From IMG/VR virus record IMGVR_UViG_3300025078_000026, positions 1 to 24,251 of that record: a stretch of DNA of 24,251 bases. One strand, given 5' to 3'. This document shows positions 9,348 through 16,880 of the stretch, piece by piece. Each line of letters begins with the position of its first letter. Positions within the stretch are counted from its first letter, which is position 1. This DNA comes from a virus (taxonomy: Duplodnaviria > Caudoviricetes). The notes under the pieces are model-generated. The model ran no database searches, was not told the origin of the DNA, and saw nothing but the letters and a program-made list of their open reading frames with translations. The translations under genes and the position numbers were made by a program.

Positions 9348-10141
9348 TATTTAGGCATCCTAATTAGTTCCGCATCCCAACATTTACCTACAAGACGGGA
9401 TGGGCGGTCTATTCGGCATTCCACTACAAGTATTGCTGACCCCCACTGGCTAGAGTCTTTACGAATCATATAGTCTGGTTTGAGAGGACCGCATGTACCT
9501 ACATTAGCATACCAAAACGGAAGTGGAACTTTTCTTGTACGAAACATTTGAGTTGGAGGCACAGGTCTATGTGTATGTCCACGAACCATTAGCCTAAATG
9601 TTTGTTGTTGTGGTTCAGGCATACAGTTCAACATTTGCAAGCCCTCAAGTTCATCACTTGCAAGTCCTGCATCAAATCCGTGGTAGAAACAACACTGACC
9701 AATACTCTTTATGCTTCTTTGAGATTTTTCATAAGGAAGCCACTCCCACCTCTTAAACTCTTCTCTAAAAGTGGGGTGCATATTCCAATGCACTAAACTC
9801 CTAAGTCGTGATGGCACTCTACGGGGGTCACGGGCTTCGATATTGGCATCGTGATTTCCCTTGTTTATCCAAAGTTCACAGTCGGGATTCAATGTTCCTC
9901 GTATTGCCGACAAAAGGTTATGGGCATGTTCATATTCATCTTCCAATGTATGTGTATCAGTGTCATCCGAAGGATGCACCGAGGCTACAGTGGATTCAAA
10001 AAGGTCGCCCAAATGCCCAAAGTGTGTTATTCCATCTATGTTAGACAGTGTGGAAAGAATCCACTCCTCTGTTTTTGCAGGAGTAAATGGTGCATGTGTA
10101 CAAGAGATACACACAATTTTCGCCGTTTTATGGGTTTTCAT
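9347..10141 (-). CDS. Calcineurin-like metallophosphoesterase
   Basis: Motifs in order: ISCTH (DxH equivalent), LGDLFE, GNHD, FYHG, GHTH. Confidence 0.9.
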   Translation of the reverse strand: MKTHKTAKIVCISCTHAPFTPAKTEEWILSTLSNIDGITHFGHLGDLFESTVASVHPSDDTDTHTLEDEYEHAHNLLSAIRGTLNPDCELWINKGNHDANIEARDPRRVPSRLRSLVHWNMHPTFREEFKRWEWLPYEKSQRSIKSIGQCCFYHGFDAGLASDELEGLQMLNCMPEPQQQTFRLMVRGHTHRPVPPTQMFRTRKVPLPFWYANVGTCGPLKPDYMIRKDSSQWGSAILVVECRIDRPSRLVGKCWDAELIRMPK

Positions 10142-10279
10142 AAAAGTGTATTGCCTTGTATTACTAATCGGACATTGTTGTGAAAGAGTAAGAATTGATT
10201 ACGCACCTAAAAACACCACATTTATTGAGATGCTTGTTAAAAGCAAAAACTAATTACAGAGTGATAGTGGGTTTGTGTC

Positions 10280-10466
10280 GTTCTTATTTCGCCGATGTCA
10301 TTTGTGTAGAAGTTCTTGCTGCCCTGGGTTGGGTCTGCATGGGGCGCACGGTGGGTATCCTCCTGCCCGCCGTGTGTCCACTACGCATTGCAAAAGAAAT
10401 GATAAAATGATAGAATAGTGCGGAAGCAAGAATGTTATTGCCGAAGAAGTAAATAGAACTACTACA
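10280..10466 (+). ncRNA. Candidate structured RNA / regulatory element in the divergent intergenic region
   Basis: 16-bp stem 10342-10357/10364-10379 with 4 G.U pairs and a UCCUCC loop. Flanking complementarities: 10313-10320/10425-10432, 10288-10302/10431-10445 and 10305-10316/10455-10466. Confidence 0.45.
10388..10416 (+). promoter_or_regulatory. Sigma70-type promoter for the scaffold/capsid genes
   Basis: TTGCAA (10388-10393), a 17-nt spacer ending in TGn, then TAGAAT (10411-10416); about 90 nt upstream of the scaffold ATG. Confidence 0.65.
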
Positions 10467-10472
10467 TTGCAT

Positions 10473-10497
10473 GGGCGAGAAGCCCGAAAAACAGGAG
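10473..10497 (+). promoter_or_regulatory. Hairpin GGGC-GAGAA-GCCC next to the scaffold SD (CAGGAG, 10492-10497)
   Basis: Perfect 4-bp GC stem with a pentaloop, ending 6 nt before the SD; similar loops occur before the capsid gene. Confidence 0.5.
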
Positions 10498-10507
10498 AAC
10501 TGACAGT

Positions 10508-11296
10508 ATGACAGAATTACAAGCACACATAAGCACAACCGAGGGATTAGACGAATCCGTTGCAGCATTTTACAATGAGCAAGAGGATGGCTCATTTCTA
10601 TTGAATGTAACAGGAGCAAATGGGTACGAGTTGGAAAACACAACTGCCCTTAAATCGGCTCTAGGAAAAGAACGAGCAAATGCTCAAACCGCAAGTAAAG
10701 CACTTAAACAATTTGAAGGTTTAGATGCTACACAGGCAAGAGAAGCACTAGAAAAAATTGAAGAATATGCAAATTTTGACCCAGATGCAAAAGTTGCAGA
10801 GGCAATAAAGGTTAGAGAAGCACAGTTAATCAAGCAACATCAGGCTGCTTTAGTGACAATGACAGATGAAAATAAGTCTCTTGTTAGTCAATTAGAGCAA
10901 AACCTCATTACTTCTTCCGCCACAAAAGCCCTCGCAGAGAACGAAGGCTCTGTTGATTTGCTATTACCGCATGTAATGAGCCAAACTAGGATGAGAAGAA
11001 CAGAAAATGGCTCTTTCATTGCAGAAGTGGTCGATAGTAGTGGTAATCCTCGTATTGGGGATGCACAAGGTTCGCCTATGACAATATCTCAGTTAGTAGA
11101 AGAAATGAAGACGAGTGACGCATTTGCTCGTGCATTTAAAGGTTCAGGTTCCACAGGAAGTGGGGCTACGAACACAAATAATGCTTCCAGTTCAGGAAGC
11201 GCAGGTCGCCGAAGTATTAGTCGGTTTGACCAAGAGTCACTTAATAGTAACATTGAGGCAATCGCTTCAGGCGACTCAATAGTTACAAACGATTAA
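10508..11296 (+). CDS. Capsid scaffolding protein
   Basis: Coiled-coil character (LKSALGKER), F.GSGSTGSGA linker and short C-terminal helix; directly upstream of the capsid gene. Confidence 0.88.
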   Translation: MTELQAHISTTEGLDESVAAFYNEQEDGSFLLNVTGANGYELENTTALKSALGKERANAQTASKALKQFEGLDATQAREALEKIEEYANFDPDAKVAEAIKVREAQLIKQHQAALVTMTDENKSLVSQLEQNLITSSATKALAENEGSVDLLLPHVMSQTRMRRTENGSFIAEVVDSSGNPRIGDAQGSPMTISQLVEEMKTSDAFARAFKGSGSTGSGATNTNNASSSGSAGRRSISRFDQESLNSNIEAIASGDSIVTND

Positions 11297-11380
11297 GTGT
11301 CCTTACTTCGGCGAGATGCCACCGTGTCGGGATGATGCGGAACACAATTTTACAAACTCCTTTGTAGTGGGTTTGTTCTT
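11297..11380 (+). promoter_or_regulatory. Structured capsid leader with tandem hairpins
   Basis: GGC-GAGAT-GCC (11310-11320), CCGTGTC-GGGAT-GATGCGG (11322-11340), and ACAAACTC/GGGTTTGT (11352-11376) followed by TCTTT. Confidence 0.5.
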
Positions 11381-11417
11381 TAGTTTCACATTATAGAAAA
11401 AAGTAAAGGAAAGCCCA

Positions 11418-12590
11418 ATGGCTGCAAATACACTTTCTAACATCATGCCGAAGATTCTTGCAAAAGGTCTATTGGCTCTTCGTGAGCGATGCGTTCTACC
11501 CCGTCTAGTAAATATGGACTATGGGAATGAAGCCGCTCAAAAAGGCACAACAATTGATGTGCCAATCAGTACGGCTATCGCAGTTGCCGAAGTTACACCA
11601 AGCAACACTTTTGAGGCTCCTGGTGGCGCAACTCCTGACCTCGTACAAATTTCATTGGACAAGTGGTACAAAAATACTCCTTTCCACCTCACTGACAAAG
11701 AACTTACTGAAGTTGACAGAAATCGTGATTTCATGCCAATGCAAGTTTCAGAAGCAGTTCGTGGTATTGCAAATCAAGTGAACCAAGACATCTTTGCTAC
11801 ATATACAGATGTTGGTAATCTTGCTAACGAAGATGCGGCTGCTTTTGGTGTAGCGGGTATCACGGAAGCACGAAAATTGCTCAACATGGGTGGCTGTCCT
11901 AATGACAATCGTGCTTTTGTAATAAACCACGAAGCCGAAGCAACGCTTCTAGGTACATCAGACTTCTCTGCCGCTAATACAAATGCGGATGGTGGTCTGG
12001 CTAGACGAGAAGGCGATATAGGTCGTAAGTACGGATTCAACTGGTGGGCAGACGATGATTGTCCTCTTCACACTGGTGGTACGGCAATAGATGGGACTTC
12101 AGAATGTGCAGCGGACACTGCTATTGGAAGTCGAACATTAAGCATTACTCACGATGCGTCTGAAAGCATAAAAGCAGGTGACTCGTTCACTATTGCAGGT
12201 GATAGCACCTATTATGCTGCGACTGCTGATGCCTCTTTAATCGCAGGTGATGTAACCATATCAATTAGTCCTGCATTAAAAGTTGCGGTTACTGCCGCAG
12301 GTGCTGCTGCTATTACTTGGCATCCAAATACTGCTAGTGATACAGGTCGTGTAGGTCTTGCGTTCCACCGTGATGCGTTTGCTCTTGCAACTCGTCCTTT
12401 GATGGCTTCAGCAAGCGACCTAGCAATGGGTAGCAACATGCTGTCAATGACTGACCCTGTTTCTGGTCTTTCATTACGACTTGAAGTTCAACGACAATAC
12501 AAACAAACCACTTGGGAATTTGATATTCTTTATGGTACAAAATGTGTTCGTCCTGAATATGCTTGTAAAGTCTATACATCTGCATCGTAA
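11418..12590 (+). CDS. Major capsid protein, P22 coat (gp5)-like, with insertion domain
   Basis: 390 aa. LPRLVNMDY...KGTTIDVP, G.IGRKYGF, LAFHRDAFALATRPL and SGLSLRL...FDILYG..VRPE motifs; Ala/Thr-rich insertion at about aa 218-305. Confidence 0.92.
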   Translation: MAANTLSNIMPKILAKGLLALRERCVLPRLVNMDYGNEAAQKGTTIDVPISTAIAVAEVTPSNTFEAPGGATPDLVQISLDKWYKNTPFHLTDKELTEVDRNRDFMPMQVSEAVRGIANQVNQDIFATYTDVGNLANEDAAAFGVAGITEARKLLNMGGCPNDNRAFVINHEAEATLLGTSDFSAANTNADGGLARREGDIGRKYGFNWWADDDCPLHTGGTAIDGTSECAADTAIGSRTLSITHDASESIKAGDSFTIAGDSTYYAATADASLIAGDVTISISPALKVAVTAAGAAAITWHPNTASDTGRVGLAFHRDAFALATRPLMASASDLAMGSNMLSMTDPVSGLSLRLEVQRQYKQTTWEFDILYGTKCVRPEYACKVYTSAS

Positions 12591-12613
12591 TCTTAATTGT
12601 TAGTATTTGATAA

Positions 12614-12640
12614 TACCCCGCCCTCACTGGGGGCGGGGTA
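12614..12640 (+). terminator. Strong GC hairpin after the capsid gene (atypical terminator or mRNA-stabilising stem)
   Basis: TACCCCGCCCTC-ACT-GGGGGCGGGGTA, a 12-bp stem; no U-tract. Confidence 0.55.
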
Positions 12641-12665
12641 ACATCAATAAAGAAGGAATATAGGA

Positions 12666-12866
12666 ATGAATAACTCAAGAGTACCAACAATAACATTGGT
12701 AAACAATGAAGGGAAGAAAAAAACCTTCAATGTTTCTGATAGAAAAAACTGGGAAGCAAAAGGGTACTATGTAGAAGGTAGTAAACCTGCTCCTGCTCCT
12801 GCTCCTGCGCCTAAAAAGACAACCAAGAAGAAAACTACTAAGAAGTGGGGTAATGACGATGGATAA
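12666..12866 (+). CDS. Small Lys/Pro-rich protein (66 aa)
   Basis: AAGGA SD; PAPAPAPAPKKTTKKKTTKK tail; resembles the next gene. Confidence 0.75.
   Translation: MNNSRVPTITLVNNEGKKKTFNVSDRKNWEAKGYYVEGSKPAPAPAPAPKKTTKKKTTKKWGNDDG
12786..12812 (+). repeat. (CCTGCT)n coding microsatellite for the Pro-Ala linker
   Basis: CCTGCT x3 + CCTGCG + CCT. Confidence 0.8.
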
Positions 12867-13044
12867 TCCAGAAACAATGGATGTTGCAAATGGCTCAGGT
12901 CGTCTTACTATCTTAAAGTCTGAACTTGAATCATATTTGGCTAGGGGATACCGTGTCCCTGGCGGAAACAAAAAAGCAGCGCAACCAATCAAAAAGAAGG
13001 TTTTTTCTAAAAAATCAGAACCAAAAGATGATAATGAGGATTAA
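12853..13044 (+). CDS. Small Lys-rich protein, probable paralog of the previous gene (start 12853 or 12859)
   Basis: Shares the T...N..G.....S......A[KR]GY.V.G..K core and a basic tail. Confidence 0.75.
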   Translation: MTMDNPETMDVANGSGRLTILKSELESYLARGYRVPGGNKKAAQPIKKKVFSKKSEPKDDNED

Positions 13045-13048
13045 CTAA

Positions 13049-13573
13049 ATGGCTCTTGTTGTTGAAGATGGCTCAGGTAAAAGTGATGCGGAAGCCTATG
13101 TTTCAGTAGATTTTGCAAACACTTATTTCACGAATCGTCAAGGCTCAACGGCTTGGAACGATTCTGCTGTAACAACTTCAGATAAAGAGGCGGCTATAAG
13201 AAACGCCACTGCCTATTTAGATAGAAGGTATAACGGAATTTGGATAGGTAGAAGGGTGTATAAGGAACAAGCACTTGCTTTTCCTCGCACAGACATTATA
13301 GATATTGATGGCTTTGCTGTTGGTAATGATGATGTACCTACAAATTTAGAACAGGCTTGCTGTGAAGCGGCGGTTTTGGCTTTATCAGAAGATTTATTGG
13401 CAGACTTGGTAAATACGGGGATAATTTCAGAAGAAAGCGTAAGTGTTGGGTCAGTAGCCTCAACAACGAAGTATGAGGGCGGGAAGTCCCAAATAAAGAC
13501 ATACCGAAAGGTAACAACCCTACTTCGTGGAATGCTTAGAAACCAAGGAACAATAGTTATGGAAAGAGGGTAA
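13049..13573 (+). CDS. Head-tail adaptor (DnaT-like ssDNA-binding domain family)
   Basis: MALVVEDGSG..DAEAYVSV..A..YF, W.G......QALAFPR and VP..L.QA.CE.A motifs. Confidence 0.88.
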   Translation: MALVVEDGSGKSDAEAYVSVDFANTYFTNRQGSTAWNDSAVTTSDKEAAIRNATAYLDRRYNGIWIGRRVYKEQALAFPRTDIIDIDGFAVGNDDVPTNLEQACCEAAVLALSEDLLADLVNTGIISEESVSVGSVASTTKYEGGKSQIKTYRKVTTLLRGMLRNQGTIVMERG

Positions 13574-13944
13574 TGGCAACAGCACTTGATACAACCCTAA
13601 TACCAAAGATTAAATCTATCATAGATACCTATGGTAAGAATGTGGTCTTTGTTGTACCAGGTCTTGCTTCTTATGACCCTGACGATGGTTCTGTCGTTGA
13701 GTCTGGTGTGAAAAAGTACACTGTGAAGTCTACTCCACCTGCTAACTACAGTTCCGACATGATTGATGGTGATATTATAGAGAGCAATGATTGTTCTATA
13801 TCTATATCTTCTTCTGGTCTTTTGTTTACTCCTGAAAATGGTCTTGAAGTCACTTTCGATAATCAAAGTTGGCGTATTATGAATATAATAACTGGGTACA
13901 CTGGTGATGAAATTGGTATATATGAAATGCAATTGAGGCGATAA
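13573..13944 (+). CDS. Head closure / stopper protein
   Basis: Position and size; YGK.V....YDP..G and C-terminal YEMQLRR. Confidence 0.75.
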   Translation: MATALDTTLIPKIKSIIDTYGKNVVFVVPGLASYDPDDGSVVESGVKKYTVKSTPPANYSSDMIDGDIIESNDCSISISSSGLLFTPENGLEVTFDNQSWRIMNIITGYTGDEIGIYEMQLRR

Positions 13945-14372
13945 TGATAGGAAGTAACAGTAAGATATTTGCAACAGCAGTTCTAAACTTAGGGGCGGCT
14001 CTTCCTGCGCAACAACTTTCTTACGCCATAAAGAAACTTAGCCTAGATGCTTTAGAGGGTCTTGTTGATATGACTCCTGTTGATACTGGTCGTGCTAAAG
14101 GTAACTGGAATGTTACTACCGCAGGTCGTTCAATGGCAAAAGCAACAGATTCAAGAATGGATAAAAAAGGTGCTAACTCTATAGCAAGAGGGACGGCAAA
14201 AATACTAAAAGCCACGGCAGATAATAAAACCCCCAAAGCAGTATATATAACAAACAATGTGGATTACATCGAAGACCTTGAAAATGGCAAAAGTAAACAA
14301 CACGGGAGACAAGGAATGTTAAGGGTAACTGTGAACAGATTAACTTTAAAGCATAGTGTGACCGAAGCATGA
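13944..14372 (+). CDS. HK97 gp10-like tail completion / neck protein
   Basis: TPVDTGRAKGNW and YITNNVDYIEDLENG.SKQ motifs. Confidence 0.88.
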   Translation: MIGSNSKIFATAVLNLGAALPAQQLSYAIKKLSLDALEGLVDMTPVDTGRAKGNWNVTTAGRSMAKATDSRMDKKGANSIARGTAKILKATADNKTPKAVYITNNVDYIEDLENGKSKQHGRQGMLRVTVNRLTLKHSVTEA

Positions 14373-14797
14373 CCGTTGAATCCGCACAAAAATTACATGA
14401 TGTAATCAGAAAACGATTCTCCGATGAGTTCGGAGATGAGTACCTTATTGCATACGATAACGCCCCTTTTAACCAACCTGATGACGAGATGTGGATTAGG
14501 TGGTCAGTGCTTTCTGGAAATACCATTAAAGCCGATATAGGTGGAAGTACGGGCAGGTACAGGCACAATGGTGTTGCTGTTGCCCAAATTTTCTCTGTAC
14601 TTGAGAAAGGTACGAGAGATGGTCTAATCCTTGCCGATAGGATTGTAGCGAAGTTCCTAGCCACATCAGATACTACATCTGTGGCGAATAACTCAGTAGT
14701 GTTTAGAACCCCGTCAATCACGCATGTTGGGAGAACTGGCAGTCAGTGGTGGCAAATCAATGTCTCGTGTCCGTATTTTGCGGATGAAATCTCCTAA
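14369..14797 (+). CDS. Tail terminator protein
   Basis: IAYDN.PF.P...WIR, G....QIF....G and WWQINV..PY motifs; directly before the tail tube gene. Confidence 0.82.
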   Translation: MTVESAQKLHDVIRKRFSDEFGDEYLIAYDNAPFNQPDDEMWIRWSVLSGNTIKADIGGSTGRYRHNGVAVAQIFSVLEKGTRDGLILADRIVAKFLATSDTTSVANNSVVFRTPSITHVGRTGSQWWQINVSCPYFADEIS

Positions 14798-14815
14798 TAA
14801 TGAAGGATACAAATT

Positions 14816-16072
14816 ATGTCTGATACAAATAGAGTAAAAATGTTATATGGGATAGAAGGAGCATCGACCTACGGTACTTCTCCCACAGGAAGTGGCTCGT
14901 ACTCCACGCTTCGTCTTACTGGCGAGTCCATGCACCAAGAAACCTCAACTATCACCTCTGCTGAAATTAGGGCAGACCGTCAGATTGCTGATGTTGTCCG
15001 TTCAAATCTCAGTGTTGCAGGTGATACTGGCTTTGAACTGTCTTACAGTTTCGCTGAACTTCTGCTTGCGGCTGTGATGTCCGACCAAGCGGCTCAAGCC
15101 TTTACAGGCACAATTACCTTTACACCTGGAGCAGAACTTATTGCTACTGCGGATGGAAGCAAATTTACCGAGGATGGAATTGGTGGAAACTTTGATGAAA
15201 TGTCACCAGGACAATGGATTCTGACAGCAGGATTCAATGATGCTGCGAACAATGGCTACTTCAAAATCAAGTCCATTACAGGCACCGCAGAATCAATGGT
15301 TATGGAAGTTTATGGTACTTTGGTGGATGAGAGTGCTAGCACTACCCCCACAATGACACAGGGTGGTCAAGTTGTAAACGGTGCAAAGCAACGCTCCTAC
15401 ACAATACAAAGAGTACATGAAGACATTGATACAGCAACATCAGGTCGTTCAGCAGCATACAACGGTTGTATGATTGATGGTATGACTTTAAGTGCCACAA
15501 CAGAAGCAGTTGTAACAGGCTCGTTTTCTTGGATTGGTGCAAAGGGTGAATCAAATAATACAGAACTTGGCTCTGACCATGTTGATGCAACCACTAACGA
15601 TGTTATGAACTCCATTGATGATGTTGATGGTGTAATGGAAGGTGCAAATTACGACCCTCAAAATATCACAGCGTTTACAATGGCTCTTGGCAATAACCTA
15701 CGACCTCGATTAGAAATAGGTACACTGGGTGCTGTGGCAATTGGTACAGGTACTTGCAATGTAAGCGGTACATTCCAACGATACTACTCAGATTCTACTA
15801 TGATTGACAAGTATTTGAATTTTAATGATTCTGCATTAGCGATTGTTTTTGATGATGTAGATGGAAATGCTTATTGTTTTGACTTCCCTAAGATTATTTA
15901 CACATCTGCGCAGCGTGTTGCAGGTGGACAAAACCAAGACCTTATCGCTGATATGTCTTGGGAAGCAGTTAGAAGTGATACTCAGTATAACCCCGCCGAT
16001 GGTTCGGGTGATGTTGATGAAGGTTGCACAATTCGTATAACTAAATGGACGGGACTTGGTTCATCTGGTTAA
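14816..16072 (+). CDS. Major tail tube protein with an inserted beta domain
   Basis: N-terminal E..YGT.P...LRLTGES......S.EIR.DRQ, N.L.....IG and V.GT...YY motifs; insertion at about aa 95-185. Confidence 0.88.
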   Translation: MSDTNRVKMLYGIEGASTYGTSPTGSGSYSTLRLTGESMHQETSTITSAEIRADRQIADVVRSNLSVAGDTGFELSYSFAELLLAAVMSDQAAQAFTGTITFTPGAELIATADGSKFTEDGIGGNFDEMSPGQWILTAGFNDAANNGYFKIKSITGTAESMVMEVYGTLVDESASTTPTMTQGGQVVNGAKQRSYTIQRVHEDIDTATSGRSAAYNGCMIDGMTLSATTEAVVTGSFSWIGAKGESNNTELGSDHVDATTNDVMNSIDDVDGVMEGANYDPQNITAFTMALGNNLRPRLEIGTLGAVAIGTGTCNVSGTFQRYYSDSTMIDKYLNFNDSALAIVFDDVDGNAYCFDFPKIIYTSAQRVAGGQNQDLIADMSWEAVRSDTQYNPADGSGDVDEGCTIRITKWTGLGSSG

Positions 16073-16116
16073 TATAAACTAAGACCCAACCCAATTTCAA
16101 AAGGAGTAACAGTATT

Positions 16117-16587
16117 ATGGCGTTCAAAATTTCACAACTAAAAACCTCAGCAGAAGGTGTATGGGTAGATTGCGGTGCAGACTTGCATCTTAAAGTCGCT
16201 CGATTGGGGAATCCTCAGTACGAGGAAGCACTAAGAAAAGCAGGAAAGCCTTTTATGAGGCAAATGCGTCTAGGCACAATGAAAATAGAAGACATGGAAA
16301 AGTTAGCCATGAAATGTGTGGCTGAACATGTTTTGCAAGATTGGAAAGGTCTTGAAGAAGATGATGGCACTGTTATTAAGTTTTCATCTAAAAAAGCCCT
16401 TGAGATATTCAGAGAGTACCCCGAATTTTATTCCATAGTTAAAGATGTTTCTGGAGAATCAGAACTTTTTAGACAAGATGAAATGGAAGAAGCAGCGGGA
16501 AACTCAGAGGCTACTTGCGATTCCAACTCGATTGGGGAAAGCACGAAAAGCACCTCCTCAGACAACAAGAAGCGGGACAGCAAGTAG
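16117..16587 (+). CDS. Tail assembly chaperone (gpG-like)
   Basis: AAGGAG SD; GVWV...LKVAR.GN..Y and L.DWKG motifs; contains EAAGN at the slippery site; lies between tube and tape measure. Confidence 0.85.
   Translation: MAFKISQLKTSAEGVWVDCGADLHLKVARLGNPQYEEALRKAGKPFMRQMRLGTMKIEDMEKLAMKCVAEHVLQDWKGLEEDDGTVIKFSSKKALEIFREYPEFYSIVKDVSGESELFRQDEMEEAAGNSEATCDSNSIGESTKSTSSDNKKRDSK
16497..16503 (+). other. Programmed -1 frameshift site G GGA AAC
   Basis: Correctly phased X XXY YYZ heptamer; the -1 frame stays open to 16877. Confidence 0.85.
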
Positions 16588-16877
16588 CGGCGTTAGATAA
16601 TGCACCAGAGTTATACGAATGGTTAATATGTTATTGGAAGGCATTCAGTGATTTAAGTTCAACAAGAAATATGTCACAAGTAGGCGCATCAGCGATACTT
16701 ATTTCAGAGATAGGTTCATGGCTAGATTTTAATGGCATTTATGAATACGAAAGCAGGTCAGATTATATGTATTACATTCGCCAACTAGATGCCGAGTTCT
16801 TGAACTACACCTCAGAAAAATTAAGCCAACAACACGAGAAAAGCAAACAGTCAATAGATAAGGCAAAGCGAAGATAA
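16503..16877 (+). CDS. Transframe (gpT-like) part of the tail chaperone; fusion product spans 16117-16877
   Basis: The -1 frame reads LRGYLRFQLDWGK...W.AF.DLSSTR....I..SEI..W...I..LD..FL, typical of gpGT C-terminal domains. It has only a TTG start of its own. Confidence 0.8.
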   Translation, partial: LRGYLRFQLDWGKHEKHLLRQQEAGQQVAALDNAPELYEWLICYWKAFSDLSSTRNMSQVGASAILISEIGSWLDFNGIYEYESRSDYMYYIRQLDAEFLNYTSEKLSQQHEKSKQSIDKAKRR

Positions 16878-16880
16878 CTC

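Noticed and set aside
10218-10250. Promoter or terminator for the minus-strand cassette (TTGCTT...TAAATG; TGCTT/AAGCA inverted repeat)
   Set aside because: Poor -10 match and only a 5-bp stem with the T-run on the wrong side; not supportable.
9105-10253. Plus-strand ORFs across the antisense cassette
   Set aside because: They are shadows of minus-strand genes that have clear motifs and TAATG coupling.
10195-10643. ORFs 10195..10410 (+, 71 aa) and 10284..10643 (-, 119 aa)
   Set aside because: No convincing SD or protein motif. They overlap the promoter/structured region, and the minus ORF also overlaps the scaffold gene.
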